A DNA stretch of 64,000 bases from Fidelibacterota bacterium (GTDB lineage Bacteria > Fidelibacterota > Marinisomatia > Marinisomatales > Marinisomataceae). Below, one piece after another: positions 61,202-64,000 of the stretch. The notes below the pieces were generated by a model. It was not told where the DNA came from and made no database searches. It saw nothing but the letters and a program-made list of their open reading frames with translations. The position numbers and the translations under genes are program-made. Numbering within the stretch: position 1 is the first letter of the stretch; the number at the start of each line of letters is the position of its first letter. Where the stretch lies: assembly GCA_045560295.1 (NCBI GenBank), contig JBJKZL010000004.1, positions 68,566 through 132,565 on the forward strand, in the 5' to 3' direction.

Positions 61202-62569
61202 TTATAGTAGTATCAGTGAAGCAATAATAAAATATAACGCTACGCCCAAGATATCTATTGCGGTAGTTACAAATGGACCTGTTGAAATTGCGGGATCGAA
61301 ATTTAATTTCTTTAGTATTAGCGGCACACTCGCTCCCACTGCAGTTGCTATTGTCATTGAGCAAGCAATGCTTAGCCCTATGACTATCCCAAGATTATCT
61401 AATTGTATTCCAGTTATAAATTCAGAAGTAGCTCCAACTAAAATACCATAGCCTACCCCTAAAATTACTCCAACAAGAATTTCTTTCATGATAAGAGGAA
61501 CGGTATTACCTACATCAACCCTTCCAGTTGCTAACCCACGAACAATGATAGTAGAGGATTGTGTGCCAATATTCCCACCAATTCCTATAATGACCGGTAT
61601 AAAAGAAGCTAACACTATCATCTCTTTTATAAGATAATCAAAGTATCCAATGATCGCAGCAGCACAAATTCCTCCAATTAAGCTTGCGAAAATCCAAGGA
61701 GCGCGTGACTGTGCGTTCTCAATGGGAGATTTTAATAGAATTTCTCTGTCTTTACCAACACCTGCCATTTGCAAGAAGTCTTCAGATGCTTCTTCTCTAA
61801 TAATATCTACGACGTCATCAATGGTAACAATACCTAAAAACCTATTTTGTCTATTTACAACAGGTAGAGCTAAGTAATTATACTGAGCCACCGTTTTAGC
61901 AACCTCTTCTTGATCTGTTTCTGATGTTGCAGCATGAATATCTTTAATCATCATATCTTTAAGCTTTGTAGTATTTTTAGAGGTGACCAAATTTCTCAAG
62001 GAGATAACCCCTACAAGCTTTTCTTTATCATCTAAAACATAAAGATAAAAAATCTTATCATTTTCAGGGAAAGATTGGAGTTTTTTAATTGCCTCTTTAA
62101 TAGTCGTATTCTGATTTAGTGTAAATGTTTCTTTAGTCATAATACTACCAGCACTATCATCAGGATAAGACATTATTTCTTCCACGTCTTCTAAATCTTC
62201 CACTTCAATTTTCTTTAAAATTTCTTTTTGTTTTTCGTTGGGAAACATGCTAATGATAGCTGCTTGATCGTTCGTATCTAAATAAACAAACATTTTAGAA
62301 ATATTAATAGAGCTTTCATCCATAAGCATATTTTCAATTAATGATTCATCTAACTCTTCCAGGACGTTAGCTTTGTGATTAAAGGTAGGGCATAAACTGA
62401 AAATAGTCTTTTGCTCGAAGCCGCTAAATCCCCTCATCAGAAGGGCAACATCCGCAGGATGCGTTTTGCGTAAAATCTTTGTTAAGTTGGCGGTAGCCTT
62501 TCTTCTTAAAAGCCTTTGTATTGTTCTTCTTAATAAAGAAATTTCAGTGGAAAATATTGCTTTTTTCAT
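61202..62569 (-). CDS. mgtE: magnesium transporter MgtE
   Basis: ORF 455 aa. N-domain, tandem CBS region, and a TM domain with IGGNIGTQSS and DPAISTGPFVTTAIDILG. Confidence 0.93.
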   Translation of the reverse strand: MKKAIFSTEISLLRRTIQRLLRRKATANLTKILRKTHPADVALLMRGFSGFEQKTIFSLCPTFNHKANVLEELDESLIENMLMDESSINISKMFVYLDTNDQAAIISMFPNEKQKEILKKIEVEDLEDVEEIMSYPDDSAGSIMTKETFTLNQNTTIKEAIKKLQSFPENDKIFYLYVLDDKEKLVGVISLRNLVTSKNTTKLKDMMIKDIHAATSETDQEEVAKTVAQYNYLALPVVNRQNRFLGIVTIDDVVDIIREEASEDFLQMAGVGKDREILLKSPIENAQSRAPWIFASLIGGICAAAIIGYFDYLIKEMIVLASFIPVIIGIGGNIGTQSSTIIVRGLATGRVDVGNTVPLIMKEILVGVILGVGYGILVGATSEFITGIQLDNLGIVIGLSIACSMTIATAVGASVPLILKKLNFDPAISTGPFVTTAIDILGVALYFIIASLILL

Positions 62570-62625
62570 TGTATTGGATTTTGCATAAATTAACTCTACT
62601 TTATAACAAATTAAAGATTAAGTAA

Positions 62626-64000
62626 ATGGCAAAAATAACTAAACAATCAGAAAACTTCTCTAAATGGTACACTGACGTTATCCTAGAAGCAGACCTTGCG
62701 GATTATGGACCAGTAAAAGGTACAATGGTTATTAAACCATATGGGTATTCATTGTGGCAAAACGTGAAAAATACTTTAAATAATATGATTGAAGAGAGCG
62801 GCCATGAAAATGCTTACTTTCCACTCTTTATCCCAAAAAGCTTTTTGGAAAAAGAAGCTAAGCATGTTGAGGGGTTTGCTAAAGAATGCGCAGTTGTAAC
62901 ACACTCAAAACTTGTATCTGAAGATGGCGTACTTACTGTTGATCCTAGCTCAAAGCTAGAAGAGGAAATCATCGTTCGTCCAACCTCTGAAACTATAATT
63001 TGGCATATGTTTAAAAAGTGGGTGACTTCATATAGAGACTTACCTATTAAAATTAATCAATGGGCTAATGTAGTTCGTTGGGAAATGCGTACTAGGTTAT
63101 TTTTAAGAACATCAGAATTCTTATGGCAAGAAGGGCATACAGCGCATGCCTCAAAAGAAGAAGCAATAAAAGAAACACTGATGATAGTTGAAATGTACAA
63201 ATCTTTATTTGAGGAGCACCTAGCTATACCAACTATGATTGGTAGAAAGTCTAATATGGAAAGATTTGCTGGCGCAGACGAAACTTATTCTATTGAAACA
63301 ATGATGAAGGATAAAAAAGCACTTCAAGCGGGTACCTCGCATTACTTAGGCACAAATTTTGGTACAGCCTTTGATGTAAAATTTCAAAGCAAAGAAAATA
63401 AAGAGCAACCCGTCTTTGCAACAAGTTGGGGTGTTAGCACACGCATGATTGGCGCACTAATCATGGTGCACGGCGATGATAAAGGATTGAAAATTCCACC
63501 TAGAATTGCTCCTCACCAAGCAGTGATTATCCCTATTAATCCTAAAAATGAAGATAAGGAAAAATTCGATAATTTTGTGGATACAGCACATAACATGTTA
63601 AAGGAAAGTAGTATTAGATGTTCAATAGATGACTCAAATAATAGCCCTGGATTTAAATTCAACAACTGGGAATTAAAAGGCGCGCCATTGCGTATAGATA
63701 TTGGTTTAAAAGAATTCCAAAGTGGAAGTGTAACGGTTTGTAGAAGAGATACCGGGGAAAAGGAAGAAATGTCTATTAAAGCACTAAACACACTTACATC
63801 AACCTTAGAGGATATTCAAAAAGGCATGTACGATTCTGCAAATTCTTTCTTAGAGGAAAATACTTTTGAATTAAGTGACTATAATAAATTCAAAAAACAA
63901 CTCTCCAATGAAAATTGTTTCATCAAAGCATATTGGGATGGATCTGATGCCTCAGAACTCAAAATCAAAGAACAAACAAAGGCTACTATCCGTTGTATTT
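62626..64000 (+). CDS. proS: prolyl-tRNA synthetase, archaeal/eukaryote-like type, N-terminal ~458 codons (continues past right edge)
   Basis: Not in the ORF track (open at the edge). Hand translation from the ATG at 62626 gives MAKITKQSENFSKWYTDVILEADLADYGPVKGTMVIKPYGYSLWQNV...AYFPLFIPKSFLEKEAKHVEGFAKECAVVTH...RPTSETII...QWANVVRWE, matching class II ProRS motifs. Confidence 0.9.
   Translation, partial: MAKITKQSENFSKWYTDVILEADLADYGPVKGTMVIKPYGYSLWQNVKNTLNNMIEESGHENAYFPLFIPKSFLEKEAKHVEGFAKECAVVTHSKLVSEDGVLTVDPSSKLEEEIIVRPTSETIIWHMFKKWVTSYRDLPIKINQWANVVRWEMRTRLFLRTSEFLWQEGHTAHASKEEAIKETLMIVEMYKSLFEEHLAIPTMIGRKSNMERFAGADETYSIETMMKDKKALQAGTSHYLGTNFGTAFDVKFQSKENKEQPVFATSWGVSTRMIGALIMVHGDDKGLKIPPRIAPHQAVIIPINPKNEDKEKFDNFVDTAHNMLKESSIRCSIDDSNNSPGFKFNNWELKGAPLRIDIGLKEFQSGSVTVCRRDTGEKEEMSIKALNTLTSTLEDIQKGMYDSANSFLEENTFELSDYNKFKKQLSNENCFIKAYWDGSDASELKIKEQTKATIRCI

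Noticed and set aside
61200-61364. The first 55 codons of ORF 60648..61364, which overlap the mgtE C-terminal TM region by 163 nt.
   Set aside because: The overlapping part translates to low-complexity sequence. A TTG directly after the mgtE stop begins a plausible signal peptide. A 163-nt same-strand overlap is much less likely.

Overview
AT-rich (roughly one-third GC by spot counts), extremely compact bacterial chromosomal window. I call about 52 protein-coding genes, about 97-98% coding, with many start/stop overlaps. I saw no rRNA, tRNA, CRISPR array, transposase/integrase or recognisable defence gene. Gene order, left to right: (1) sdhC-sdhA-sdhB on the minus strand, with sdhB running off the left edge; (2) a GGT-like gene and a peptidase-C26 gene, a MORN-type lipoprotein, ppdK, a saccharopine-dehydrogenase-like gene with an apparent frameshift, an Smr-domain gene, a class-3 ALDH, a lytic transglycosylase, an EamA transporter, typA, folA-thyA, an M16 peptidase, an ICMT-like gene and yggS; (3) an origin-proximal block: gyrA-gyrB-dnaN, a 307-bp AT-rich gap, then surA-like-mnmG-mnmE-yidC-rpmH, all on the minus strand and facing dnaA-ssb-plsC-like-doxX-like on the plus strand; (4) at 35.9-50.8 kb, one uninterrupted minus-strand array of 13 genes holding the whole de novo purine pathway (purA, purL, purM, purQ-purS fusion, purC, class II purE, purB, purF, purD, purN, a psiE-like membrane gene, purH) plus a quinone oxidoreductase; (5) at 52.4-59.8 kb, a TonB-dependent receptor, a 1080-aa protein of unknown function with a T9SS C-terminal sorting domain, and a PorV/PorQ-like barrel, closed by the only strong intrinsic terminator in the window; (6) an M23 peptidase, a small secreted unknown, mgtE, and proS running off the right edge. 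The marker content (T9SS CTD, PorV, Bacteroidetes-type single cytochrome-b SdhC, archaeal-type ProRS, yet clear Shine-Dalgarno sites) suggests a streamlined marine FCB-group lineage; Marinimicrobia-like is only a guess. Most of this window is ordinary housekeeping. The best candidates for something undescribed are: (a) the TBDT / T9SS-cargo / PorV cassette and its palindrome-bearing leader; (b) a 17-nt palindrome-containing repeat bracketing mnmG at two GTG start sites; (c) the split dnaA / dnaN origin architecture with a repeated TGTTAATAA motif; (d) unusual features of the purine super-operon (PurQ-PurS-PurS fusion, embedded psiE-like gene). All functional calls rest on motif recognition by eye in the supplied translations. 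No database search was possible.
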